64,000 nt of DNA. Origin: an uncultured Candidatus Saccharibacteria bacterium. GTDB lineage: Bacteria > Patescibacteriota > Minisyncoccia > Phycocordibacterales > DATDWN01. The notes under the pieces are model-generated. The model saw nothing but the letters and a program-made list of their open reading frames with translations. It did no database searches and had not been told where the DNA came from. The DNA lies in contig CAYXWL010000002.1 in NCBI GenBank assembly GCA_964468795.1, positions 5,459 to 69,458 on the forward strand, read 5' to 3'. Within the stretch, counting starts at the first letter, position 1. Every line of letters starts with the position of its first letter. Both the position numbers and the translations under genes were made by a program. Positions 9,051 through 18,390 of the stretch are shown piece by piece.

Positions 9051-10256
9051 TTATTCTATGAAAGTATATGCTTTTCCTTTCTTGCCAGCTCGCCCTGTTC
9101 TGCCGATTCGATGGACATAGTCTTCATACGTTGCAGGAATATCAAAGTTTATAACATGAGAAACTCCGCTAATATCTAGCCCCCTTGCGGCAACATCTGT
9201 AGCAACAAGAACCTGTGCATCATCGTTCTTAAAATTCTTCAATGCTCTTTGCCTTGCTGACTGATTTTTATCACCATGAATTGACTCGGCCCTGAGACCT
9301 CTCTCATTTAAGACTTTAGTTAGCCTCTCAACACCGTGCTTTGTTTTGCCAAAAACCAAAACTTTCACAAAATCCGGCTTCATAAGCATAGAGTGCAAAA
9401 TATCCAGCTTATTCTCTCCTTGGGAAACCCTGACCACATCCTGATCAACATTTTTAGAAGTATCAGATGTCTTTACAGAAATAGAGACAGGATTTTTTAG
9501 AAAATCATTGATGAGTAGCTTTATTTCTGGGGAAAGAGTGGCTGAGAAAAATAGCGTATGCCTATCTTTCGGCATAAGATTCATCATGAATCTCATATCA
9601 TTTATAAAACCCATATCTAGCATCCTGTCTGCCTCGTCTAAGACAACAGTTTTGAAATAAGATAGATTGAGGACTTTTCGCTCGATTAAATCTTTTATTC
9701 TTCCAGGTGTACCGATGACGAACTCATTTCGATACCTCAAATTTCTTATTTGGGCACCTATAGATGCGCCACCTACGCAAACTGTTGAATACAATTTCAT
9801 TCCTCGGATAAAACCGTTGAGCTCATCCTGAATCTGAATTGCAAGCTCTCTTGTAGGACATACGATAAGAATATTTTCTTTTGGATTTGAAAGGACTTTG
9901 TGAATTAGCGGAATTAAAAATGCAGCTGTCTTACCTGTACCCGTATTAGCAATTCCGACAATATCTTCACCTCTTAGAATGTGCGGGATTGATTTGTCCT
10001 GAATAGGAGTTGGAAGCTTGTATCCTTTGCTTAAAATATTTTCCTTTAATCTCTGATCAATGGCAAAATCCGCAAACTTGTGCTCAGGCACAAAATGCTC
10101 GACTGTTTCCGTGATTTCGGCACGATTAATAAACCTGCTTGGGTTTATATACTGGCCGGCTCCTTTTTTGGAGCCTCTTGTTGTTCTATTTCTAAAACCT
10201 GATCTTCCAAAAGACCTTGAACTCGTTCGCGAATGCGAACCTCTGCTTGTATGCAT
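9051..10256 (-). CDS. DEAD-box ATP-dependent RNA helicase with an N-terminal R/S/G-rich extension.
   Basis: Q-motif, GTGKT, DEAD (VLDEADRM), SAT and HRIGRTGR motifs are all present. Confidence 0.9.
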   Translation of the reverse strand: MHTSRGSHSRTSSRSFGRSGFRNRTTRGSKKGAGQYINPSRFINRAEITETVEHFVPEHKFADFAIDQRLKENILSKGYKLPTPIQDKSIPHILRGEDIVGIANTGTGKTAAFLIPLIHKVLSNPKENILIVCPTRELAIQIQDELNGFIRGMKLYSTVCVGGASIGAQIRNLRYRNEFVIGTPGRIKDLIERKVLNLSYFKTVVLDEADRMLDMGFINDMRFMMNLMPKDRHTLFFSATLSPEIKLLINDFLKNPVSISVKTSDTSKNVDQDVVRVSQGENKLDILHSMLMKPDFVKVLVFGKTKHGVERLTKVLNERGLRAESIHGDKNQSARQRALKNFKNDDAQVLVATDVAARGLDISGVSHVINFDIPATYEDYVHRIGRTGRAGKKGKAYTFIE

Positions 10257-10430
10257 ATTTTTATTATATTGAGATCTGTTAGCGTCTTTATTAAAACGAA
10301 AGCTCTGTCTCGTAAGTTTTCATAGCGGCAGCGCCCCTAACAGTCGAGAATGATCTCAAAACCGAAACTAGTGAGAATGACTCAATAAATATAGTATATA
10401 GTATCATTTTCCCATTGTCAATTATGTATA

Positions 10431-10460
10431 TTGACACATAGGCATAATGTATGCTATAAT
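10431..10460 (+). promoter_or_regulatory. Near-consensus sigma70 promoter (TTGACA, 18-nt spacer with TGn, TATAAT).
   Basis: TTGACA lies at 10431-10436 and TATAAT at 10455-10460. No annotated plus-strand gene lies downstream. Confidence 0.5.
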
Positions 10461-10559
10461 ATTACAAATGTCAGTACACCACAACCCGGGAAGTCTCACC
10501 CACTTTCAGAGCCCGCAGACGCATCACGCGCTTGCCGGCTTTTTATATATTGCAAAATA

Positions 10560-10600
10560 AAATATCCCAACCAGTTTATGATTGGGATATTTTATTGGAA
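10560..10600. terminator. Hairpin terminator.
   Basis: aaaatatcccaa-ccagtttatga-ttgggatatttt is a 12-bp perfect IR lying 3' of the DoxX gene stop. Confidence 0.6.
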
Positions 10601-10620
10601 CTATCGCCTTTCACAAATGC

Positions 10621-11148
10621 CTACCGAAACATTGCCCAAGAATGCTTTGCTCGGGATACATATCTGTCTAGTCCAATGTGTCCAGAAACTTTGTGCGCCA
10701 TCATAATTCCGATTGCCAAAAGCAGAAGAATTGGATTTGAACTCACTGTTCCCGAAAGCAAGTAATTTGTGTTCATTAGTGCTCCGAAAAATGCAGCTGT
10801 TACTGTAAATACTCCAAAGATAAGTCCAAGACCTACAAGCATTTCTCCATAAGTGATTGCATATGACCATGCATTAGCGTATGGAGCTACGCTGTGCTGC
10901 AAGAACCATGCATACCATGTTGTAACATCTGGATGCATACCTGTTGTTTTTGCCAACGCTCCATTAACAAATCCTGAAATCGCTACTCCGGATTTTGCAC
11001 CAACCCATACTCCTGCCGGATTTACGAGCTTCTCATATCCAGCATATAGCCACTCCCAGCCTACATAGAGCCTTACTAAAAACCAAAACCACGACATCCT
11101 AATATCTTCAAAAAAAATCCCATACAAACCACTTAAAATTTTTCGCAT
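10621..11148 (-). CDS. DoxX-family membrane protein.
   Basis: Four TM segments with a DoxX/DoxD-like N-terminus. Confidence 0.55.
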   Translation of the reverse strand: MRKILSGLYGIFFEDIRMSWFWFLVRLYVGWEWLYAGYEKLVNPAGVWVGAKSGVAISGFVNGALAKTTGMHPDVTTWYAWFLQHSVAPYANAWSYAITYGEMLVGLGLIFGVFTVTAAFFGALMNTNYLLSGTVSSNPILLLLAIGIMMAHKVSGHIGLDRYVSRAKHSWAMFR

Positions 11149-11230
11149 AAATTTTTTATTAAGCAGACTAATACAATATTAATTGTACCTCAATAAAAAT
11201 ATGCCGTAATGAGTAAAATCAGAAAACTGT

Positions 11231-12265
11231 TTATATCTTTGACTTGTCGTTCAAAATGAGATCTTGGTATATGTCTATTAGAGAAAAAAGCAGAGCCACA
11301 CTAACTGGTCCGAATATGAATCCCACTGGTCCAAAGAAAGCTATTCCGCCAAGGACCGCAAACAGCATGACAAGCTGATGTATTTCAGTGCCTTTTGAAT
11401 ACAGGTACGGAGCCAAAAAATTATCAATGCTGGATACCAGCAGCCCCCACCACGCCAGAAGGCCGATAGCCGAAGCAGTATCGCCTATGACATACATATA
11501 GGAAATTATAGGTATGAATACCAATGCTGTTCCAAAAGCAGGAACAAGCGAGGCAATAGCAGAAATAGCGCCCCACAAAGTCGGGTTTGGAACTCCAAAA
11601 ATCTTGAGACCGACCCCAGCCAAGAGTCCTTGGATAAGGGCAATAAGCAGAACGCCTTTTACTGTAGAGATAATGGACTGCTTCAGCTTTAGAATAATCA
11701 TCTCATCATACCTGTCCTTTAAAGGACTGAGATTTATTAAAATTTTCTTGAATTTTTCTCCATCTCGCAAGAAAAAGAAAAGAGAAAAGAATATGAAAAC
11801 TATGCTGGCCAATGTATCAAGCACTTGTCCCAATATTGTGGTTAAGTGATTAACAATATAGCCAGATGCCAACCTCAAGTACGAGCCGACATCAAGGTTA
11901 AAAAATGGATAATACTTTTGAATAGGCAGTTCTATCGCCGAAGTAATCCTCTGCAAGTAGTCTATCTCGCTCTGATTTGAAAACTTCCTGAACAAGTTTC
12001 CGGCTTCGTTAAATAATCCGGCCGAGAGCAGAAGGGTTGGCACTATTATCGTAAATATAAATATCATTACCACCAAAAAGGCAGCCCAGCCCTCTCTTCC
12101 TCCTAAGCGCCTTACCACATTTTTATATAATGGGTTTAGGACTACAGCTAGAATGCCTGCGAGTGCGATTACTTTCACAAAAGGCAGGAAAATAAAGAAA
12201 ATAAGCGTTGAAACAGCAAGCAGAAAACCTATGAAAAAATACCTCTGAATAGCGTCTCTTTCCAT
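11231..12265 (-). CDS. AI-2E family transporter (PerM/UPF0118).
   Basis: A 344-aa polytopic protein with the family-typical architecture. Confidence 0.75.
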   Translation of the reverse strand: MERDAIQRYFFIGFLLAVSTLIFFIFLPFVKVIALAGILAVVLNPLYKNVVRRLGGREGWAAFLVVMIFIFTIIVPTLLLSAGLFNEAGNLFRKFSNQSEIDYLQRITSAIELPIQKYYPFFNLDVGSYLRLASGYIVNHLTTILGQVLDTLASIVFIFFSLFFFLRDGEKFKKILINLSPLKDRYDEMIILKLKQSIISTVKGVLLIALIQGLLAGVGLKIFGVPNPTLWGAISAIASLVPAFGTALVFIPIISYMYVIGDTASAIGLLAWWGLLVSSIDNFLAPYLYSKGTEIHQLVMLFAVLGGIAFFGPVGFIFGPVSVALLFSLIDIYQDLILNDKSKI

Positions 12266-12277
12266 GACATAATTGTA

Positions 12278-12673
12278 CTACTTTGCTTCTTCCAAATCCA
12301 AGCAGACAGAATTCAGGCAATATCGCATTTTTGTTTCTGTCGGTCCATCATTAAACACATGACCCAAATGCGAACCGCATTTACTGCATACTACTTCTAC
12401 CCTATGCATGCCGTGAGAATAATCTCGAACTTCAACAACACTTCCGGGTATTGCCTTGTCGAAAGACGGCCATCCTGTCCCAGAATCAAACTTTGCTTCA
12501 GAAGAAAACAAATCTTGCCCGCAAACTTTGCATTTATATACGCCCGTTCTGTCATCATGCAATAGCTTGCCGGAAAAAGGCGCCTCTGTGCCTTTTTCAC
12601 GCAAAACTGAATACTCTTCGGCTGTCAGTTTTTTCTTCAGCTCATCTTCGCTATATTTTATTTTTGGTTCCAT
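12278..12673 (-). CDS. msrB: Peptide-methionine (R)-S-oxide reductase.
   Basis: Two CxxC zinc motifs and the catalytic RYCINS-like motif (MRYCLNSVCL). Confidence 0.9.
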   Translation of the reverse strand: MEPKIKYSEDELKKKLTAEEYSVLREKGTEAPFSGKLLHDDRTGVYKCKVCGQDLFSSEAKFDSGTGWPSFDKAIPGSVVEVRDYSHGMHRVEVVCSKCGSHLGHVFNDGPTETKMRYCLNSVCLDLEEAK

Positions 12674-12674
12674 A

Positions 12675-13232
12675 TTATTTTTTTGGATGATTTGCTAATA
12701 GATCTGCAAACTCTTTTTGAACTTTTTCTAGTTTAGGGTTTATGACAATTTGGCAATAAGGAGCTTCCCTGTTTCTCTCATAATATTCCTTGTGATAGTT
12801 CTCTGCAGGGTAAAACTCTTTTAAAGGCACAACCTCAGTTACTATTTTTCTACCATCGCTACTTTCATTATTCAGATCAGAGATGAATTTTTCAGAAATT
12901 TCTTTCTGCTCTGAAGTAGAATAGAAAATTATTGAACGGTACTGAGTGCCGACATCAGCTCCTTGCCTGTTTAATGTCGTAGGATCATGAGATCCAAAGA
13001 AAACCAGAAGCAAATCCCTAAAAGAGATCTGCTTTGGATCGAAATCAATTTTTATGCATTCCGCATGTCCTGTAGCTCCAGATGAAACCTCCTCATATGT
13101 TGGATTAGGAATACTTCCTCCGGAGTATCCTGGCTCTACAGAATAAACACCTCTTAGTATGTTGAAAACAGCCTCTGTGCACCAAAAGCACCCTCCTCCG
13201 AATACTACTATCTCGTGGCCGTTTTCTTCCAT
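12675..13232 (-). CDS. msrA: Peptide-methionine (S)-S-oxide reductase.
   Basis: GCFWC active-site motif. Confidence 0.9.
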   Translation of the reverse strand: MEENGHEIVVFGGGCFWCTEAVFNILRGVYSVEPGYSGGSIPNPTYEEVSSGATGHAECIKIDFDPKQISFRDLLLVFFGSHDPTTLNRQGADVGTQYRSIIFYSTSEQKEISEKFISDLNNESSDGRKIVTEVVPLKEFYPAENYHKEYYERNREAPYCQIVINPKLEKVQKEFADLLANHPKK

Positions 13233-13245
13233 AATTAACTCTTTG

Positions 13246-14370
13246 CTATTTCTTTATAACTCCAATCTTGTATGACTGTAAAATCCTGGTCGGATTGCTT
13301 TGTCCGCCATACTGATCGTTGAAAGCTGATGTTGCATCAACTCCGCACATAGACTTGATAGCTCCCTCTCCTCCAGGGTGCTTGCTTATCCACTTGGTTA
13401 AATCGTAAACTGAACCGCTTACAACTGAGTAACAGTTTGTTGTTAAATTGTGCTTTGATACTTCAGCCATTGTAAATGTCTGAGATGTAGTTGTGGCAGG
13501 CGCAACAGTAGCTGACGCTGAAGCTCCGACGGATAGCGTGGCCATTGGTGCTTCATCTCCTTCGTCTCCTTCATCATCATCATTCTCTTTCTCACCATAC
13601 GCATGATCATCCTGGCCCTCATTGTCCTTTCTTATTGTTGCAAAAGTTTTTGCCCTCGCGTTCTCACTGCCAGCAATTGCCAAGCCACCATTATCTTCCC
13701 CTTCTTCTTTATCGCCTTTTGCAAGCCTTACGACATCCAAAACGCCGATAGTAGTTGAAGATTTTGACGAATAGCCAGCTAGAATTTTTTCGTGATCATC
13801 CATCTCCTTTTTAAACTTTATCTTGACTTCGTCTGCTGTCTTGGTGTCGCCCTTGCTCTCTATTTTTGAAACTTGAGAATTGAAAGATTCTACTTCTTTA
13901 GAAAAATTAGTCTTGATTTCGCTATCTTGTTCTGCGGTGAGCTTTCCGCTTAGAGCCAAAGTCTCTGCCTCTGTCAGCCTCCTTACTGCCTGATTTAAAT
14001 CCACCATAGCGCTATCTTTCTCATTAAAAGCCAGCACTGATTGCATCTTTTCGTTTACATTCAGCTTAACTGGATAAAGTGCGTCACCTGGAAGAGACTT
14101 TTCAGCTAGGTAGCTTGTTCCTCCTCCAACAACAACCAAAAGCAAAAGTGCTGGAACTGCGATCTTGTATATAAATGATGACCATGCAAATGAGCTGGAT
14201 GTAGGAATATTGGTGCCAAAATTATTTTCCATATTATTTATTGATTTTATGCTTATTAAATTTGAAGATGCAAAATCAGCCACCCTGCCTCTGATGGCAT
14301 TTTTTTCCTCTGATGTCAGAGAAATTTTTTTTAGCTCTTCGATTGTTTTATCGCTATTATTCATATTCAT
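13246..14370 (-). CDS. Putative anti-sigma factor with one TM helix, a DUF5667-like extracytoplasmic region, an acidic linker and a C-terminal cytochrome b5-like heme-binding domain.
   Basis: The start overlaps the ECF sigma stop. There is a TM segment at about aa 65-90. The C-terminus reads TMAEVSKHN...YDLTKWISKHPGG...DATSAF, which is the cyt b5 signature. Confidence 0.65.
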   Translation of the reverse strand: MNMNNSDKTIEELKKISLTSEEKNAIRGRVADFASSNLISIKSINNMENNFGTNIPTSSSFAWSSFIYKIAVPALLLLVVVGGGTSYLAEKSLPGDALYPVKLNVNEKMQSVLAFNEKDSAMVDLNQAVRRLTEAETLALSGKLTAEQDSEIKTNFSKEVESFNSQVSKIESKGDTKTADEVKIKFKKEMDDHEKILAGYSSKSSTTIGVLDVVRLAKGDKEEGEDNGGLAIAGSENARAKTFATIRKDNEGQDDHAYGEKENDDDEGDEGDEAPMATLSVGASASATVAPATTTSQTFTMAEVSKHNLTTNCYSVVSGSVYDLTKWISKHPGGEGAIKSMCGVDATSAFNDQYGGQSNPTRILQSYKIGVIKK

Positions 14371-14857
14371 TGAATAATTCTTTTAACTTCTTAATCCCGC
14401 GATGCACGTGAACTGAAACCGTGTTTTCGCTTTCCCCAGTAATCTCGGCAATTTCAGATATATCCAGCTCATTTATATATCTCATCACCAAAGCAGATTT
14501 ATAGGGCTCGTCAATTTCATTTAAAAGAAGAATTGCCCTTTCGGCATCAAAACGCCTCTCTGCACTAGTAGGATCATCCGCTTTTGGATCAAAACCAGCT
14601 TCATGCATCTCATCGAGAGAAGTTTCCTTCTTCTTTCTGTACTCGTCGATTATTAAGTTGTTCAAAGTCCGATACAAAAAAGCCTTGAGGTTATTTATCT
14701 CATTGCCCTGAGCCATGTAGCCCCAAGTTTTTGTAAATGTATCCTGAAGAATATCCCTTGCCCTTTCCCTATCGTTTATTTTGAAATAGCAGTGCCTAAA
14801 TAAGGCATCTGCATGCTCATCGTAAGCTCTAAGAAAAGTTTGTGTCATATCCTCCAT
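14357..14857 (-). CDS. ECF-type sigma-70 family RNA polymerase sigma factor.
   Basis: Region 2 and region 4 (HTH: LDISEIAEITGESENTVSVHVHRGIKKLK) are both present. Confidence 0.85.
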   Translation of the reverse strand: MEDMTQTFLRAYDEHADALFRHCYFKINDRERARDILQDTFTKTWGYMAQGNEINNLKAFLYRTLNNLIIDEYRKKKETSLDEMHEAGFDPKADDPTSAERRFDAERAILLLNEIDEPYKSALVMRYINELDISEIAEITGESENTVSVHVHRGIKKLKELFNEYE

Positions 14858-14951
14858 ATGTAAAGACGAGTATAGATATAGCTTATTACAGTAGCCTTAT
14901 TGCATTATACAACAAAAAGTTCCATAAAATGAAACTCTAAAATCCGGCCTT

Positions 14952-16481
14952 TTAGACAAATCCAGGAAAGAAATCTATCTTAATCTGATTTCTAGGCACT
15001 CCCATCTTTTTGAGCTGATCTTCAAATGCAGTAACCATGCCGTGAGTCCCAGAAATATAGAACATTCTTTCCTTGTAATCTGGAACTTCATTCATTATCA
15101 TTTCTGAATTTATCATGCCCACCTTTGCTAATGGAAGCTGATTTTGATCAGTGGCATCATTCACTACATATACAGTTTTCATGCCAAAAGATCTTTCCGC
15201 TTCGTCAAAATATTCTTTGTAGACAACATCATGAACAGTCTTATTGGAAAAGAATAATGTGACTTCTCTTTTTTCTTGATTGTCAATCATGCTTTTTACC
15301 ATCGCTCTAAAAGGTGTGATGCCGATACCGCCCGCGATGAAAACCAATTTTTTTGAAGTATCTTGAGGAAGTGTAAAATCTCCGGCAAGTTGTGATGCGA
15401 TGATTTGGCTTCCAGGCTGAAGCGAGACTAGCTTATTTTTAAACGAGCTTGAATTTGGATAAAACTTTACGCCAAGCCTAACCCCTTCCTCTGTTGGAGA
15501 AGATGCGATAGTAAAATATCTTCTATTTCCTCTCAGATCAGGCTTGTCGTGGCCCAATGTCCACTCCAAATACTGGCCAGCTTTAAATTGAAGTCTGTTG
15601 CTATCAGAATTCAATATTTTCCAGACAAATTCGTACACATCTGCTGACAGCTTATTTTTTTCTTTTAGCTCAAGAAGGAGTCGCGCCCTAGGACTAGCTA
15701 AATAAGAGTACATATTGGCAATAAAAAGAGCCAATGCAGGAGAAGATGACAGAGGCCCTATACTAAAAACTAAGCTATAAAATAATCCTGAAAGTGAGCC
15801 GTAAATTATTTGCCGATTTCTTTGAGGCGGAGTGGTAAGAGGTTCAGTTAGTATTATTGTTCCGAAAAAGACCAGCGGGCCTGATACGAAAAGCTGATTT
15901 AAAGCTTCAATGGCAGATCCTCCGGACTTTGTTGCGGAAATAAGAGCTACAACTGTTGCAACTCCAGCAAAAATTCCAAACATCTGGAACCTTTTTACTT
16001 TCCTTAAAACTAGGAAGCCTAAAATTGAAACCGGCAGAAGCATAGCCATACTTCCCACCCACCATCCTGCCAAACCGCTCCCAAAGAGACTTAAGATTAC
16101 CAAGGTTATGGCCACAGGATTAAAAATGTGCTTCTTATTTATGGCAAAAATATATTTTGAGCCCATGGCTATGACTCCTGCCAGCAAAAAAATATTCAAA
16201 TCGTAAAATGAACTTATCGGTATCAAAGTAAAATAGAGAATGAGAGCAGTTATGAAAGAAGACTCCACGTTTGTCTGCACTTTAAATACCAGAGAAAAAA
16301 TCCAATTTGATACGTAGCACACAGATATAAGCACAAAGTAAGACAAAAGCATGGCGTAAGGAGAATAGTCCAAAATGCCTGTAAAACCTCCTATTAAAGA
16401 CAGCAAGAAAAGGATGGACAAGCCAAACAAGACAAGCTTGTACATTGTTATGCCATTCAAAAAATTATCAATATATTTCAT
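14952..16481 (-). CDS. Membrane oxidoreductase. A polytopic N-terminal domain (RnfD/NqrB-like or ferric-reductase-like) is fused to a C-terminal FNR-like FAD/NAD(P)-binding domain.
   Basis: About 8 TM segments. RRYFTIAS is the RxYS FAD motif and GGIGITP is the NAD-binding motif. Confidence 0.7.
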   Translation of the reverse strand: MKYIDNFLNGITMYKLVLFGLSILFLLSLIGGFTGILDYSPYAMLLSYFVLISVCYVSNWIFSLVFKVQTNVESSFITALILYFTLIPISSFYDLNIFLLAGVIAMGSKYIFAINKKHIFNPVAITLVILSLFGSGLAGWWVGSMAMLLPVSILGFLVLRKVKRFQMFGIFAGVATVVALISATKSGGSAIEALNQLFVSGPLVFFGTIILTEPLTTPPQRNRQIIYGSLSGLFYSLVFSIGPLSSSPALALFIANMYSYLASPRARLLLELKEKNKLSADVYEFVWKILNSDSNRLQFKAGQYLEWTLGHDKPDLRGNRRYFTIASSPTEEGVRLGVKFYPNSSSFKNKLVSLQPGSQIIASQLAGDFTLPQDTSKKLVFIAGGIGITPFRAMVKSMIDNQEKREVTLFFSNKTVHDVVYKEYFDEAERSFGMKTVYVVNDATDQNQLPLAKVGMINSEMIMNEVPDYKERMFYISGTHGMVTAFEDQLKKMGVPRNQIKIDFFPGFV

Positions 16482-16497
16482 ACAGATATAATACCAC

Positions 16498-17370
16498 CTA
16501 TCCTAAAAATAATTCAGCATTGAATCCATCAGATTTTTCTACCGAGTGATCGTCTTTCAATATAAGATACTCAAATTTAAAATAATCCTTCAATTTATCA
16601 GCGCTAACAAAATACAAACCCGTTGCCACCAAATCAGCCACAAGCGTGGTTTCTGCCAAAGTCCATACTGCAGTAATTCCTTCTGGAGATGACAATTTTT
16701 TCGGATCAATAACATGATGAAATCTCCCCCATTTTCGCCTATTTCCGGAAGATCCGCACAAACTCATATTTAGCAAAGGCACAACGCCTATCGCCTCGCT
16801 CATGTCTTCAGGATTTTCTAGCCCGACTCTAAGTGAATCCTTGGTGGCGTTTCTCTGGCGCATATCTCCGCCTGCATCAACGCAGTATGATGAGACTTGA
16901 TGAACTTCAAGTTTTTCAGAGACAATATCTACCAAGTAACCCTTTCCGCCTGCGCCAAAATCAAGCAGTGACGGCTTGATAATGCACAGAGTCGGAGCAA
17001 GCCAATTCATCGCCTCCTCCCAAGGCAAAGGAGAAACCATTTCATTTTCAACAAAAGAATATTCTGGATCATAGCCTGCCTGAACCATTACCTTGCCGAT
17101 AAGAGGAGTGACGAGACCGCCTGTTGCATCATACATTTTCTTGTAAGTCTTAAGCATCAGATCTGCATCTTCTGGCAAAGTATACCTACCCGGGGTAATT
17201 GACATTTCTGTCACCAATGAGTCTTTTCTGAATCTAGAATAAGTTTTATCAAAATCATTAATCCTAGCTCTTATCTCTTCAAGCAAAACAACCTCCTTTT
17301 CTTTTGGGAGGTTGTCTAGAATATCTATTTGCCAAAAAGTTCCTATTGCTTCGAACTCGAACTTTATCAT
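16498..17370 (-). CDS. apbE: FAD:protein FMN transferase (ApbE family).
   Basis: ApbE fold motifs (GGLVTPLIGK...DAGGD). Confidence 0.8.
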   Translation of the reverse strand: MIKFEFEAIGTFWQIDILDNLPKEKEVVLLEEIRARINDFDKTYSRFRKDSLVTEMSITPGRYTLPEDADLMLKTYKKMYDATGGLVTPLIGKVMVQAGYDPEYSFVENEMVSPLPWEEAMNWLAPTLCIIKPSLLDFGAGGKGYLVDIVSEKLEVHQVSSYCVDAGGDMRQRNATKDSLRVGLENPEDMSEAIGVVPLLNMSLCGSSGNRRKWGRFHHVIDPKKLSSPEGITAVWTLAETTLVADLVATGLYFVSADKLKDYFKFEYLILKDDHSVEKSDGFNAELFLG

Positions 17371-17374
17371 GTTT

Positions 17375-17854
17375 TTATGCCTTAGCCTCAGTCTTTATCT
17401 TTAAAAGAGCATCCATGAAGCCCTTAGGTGTAAGAGATGACCCAGAGATCTTTGTCACGGATATATCGCTTATTTTTTTACCAACAACGTAAGATTTGTA
17501 TCCTGAAATAAACTTGTTTTGATAGTTCTTTGATTCAGGCTTTATTGCCGTATTGATTACAGTTGCGTCTGCAACAACATCATTCTTTATAACGAGCTTC
17601 ACAGACAAACTTTCCACACCGCTAGGCACCTGATAAGTTCCAGATGCTTCATAAGTTCCATCCTTATAAGAAAGAGGGTTGGCAGAAGTGTTATCGCTAG
17701 GATTTTGAGTTGCAGGTACTTCCACAGGGTTTTGCGGACTAGAGATTGCTTGCTGTTTCTGTGAGTACTTGAAGTAGCCGAAATATGCAACTACAAGCAC
17801 TAGCACGATTACTGATATTTTTATCGCAGGATTGCTCTTTTTTTGTTCATCCAT
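17375..17854 (-). CDS. Membrane-anchored FMN-binding domain protein (FMN_bind; NqrC/RnfG-like).
   Basis: N-terminal TM anchor. The C-terminal FMN_bind region carries an SG[S/A][S/T] motif (TKISGSSLT) that could be an ApbE flavinylation site. Confidence 0.6.
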   Translation of the reverse strand: MDEQKKSNPAIKISVIVLVLVVAYFGYFKYSQKQQAISSPQNPVEVPATQNPSDNTSANPLSYKDGTYEASGTYQVPSGVESLSVKLVIKNDVVADATVINTAIKPESKNYQNKFISGYKSYVVGKKISDISVTKISGSSLTPKGFMDALLKIKTEAKA

Positions 17855-17921
17855 CTATTTTGCCAAATAATGTTAATTTAAAAATTATAATACACAAACC
17901 TTAAATATAAAACCTCCCAAA

Positions 17922-18314
17922 CTATGGCTCCAGATATAACTTTCCGGCGTTTTTCCACATCCTTTTGTGCATACTTTTCCTGTTTTCAAATATTCTATGC
18001 ACGTCGTTTGGAGACAAACCATTTTCCTGTAGAATCTGCTTCATTGTCTTTCCCTGCTTAAGCTCGCTCTGTACTAGCTCAGGATCAAGGCCTAGTTGCA
18101 ATGCAATGGCTCCTGCCCTGCTTTGAGTATTCCATCTCCTCATCATATGCATACCGCTATCAGCAGTAGATTGAGTATATGCCGGAGCTTTATCTGAGTA
18201 AGTTTCTGCCAGAGCAGTATTGCCGGCACTCATAATAAGCATACCCGCTACTATACCCGAACTAGCTCCTGCTAAAATGGCCTTTTTGACCCTCTTATAT
18301 CTTTTATTTTTCAT
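17922..18314 (-). CDS. Secreted hypothetical protein.
   Basis: Signal peptide. No family recognised. Confidence 0.4.
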   Translation of the reverse strand: MKNKRYKRVKKAILAGASSGIVAGMLIMSAGNTALAETYSDKAPAYTQSTADSGMHMMRRWNTQSRAGAIALQLGLDPELVQSELKQGKTMKQILQENGLSPNDVHRIFENRKSMHKRMWKNAGKLYLEP

Positions 18315-18390
18315 TATGAATATTAAGGTTTGTAAATTTTCCTATATTCATAACTACAACTGAAAATCTTTTTTATTTCATATAAAGAAA

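Noticed and set aside
15910-16206. 98-aa plus-strand ORF antisense to the membrane oxidoreductase gene.
   Set aside because: It lies inside a strongly supported CDS and has no features.
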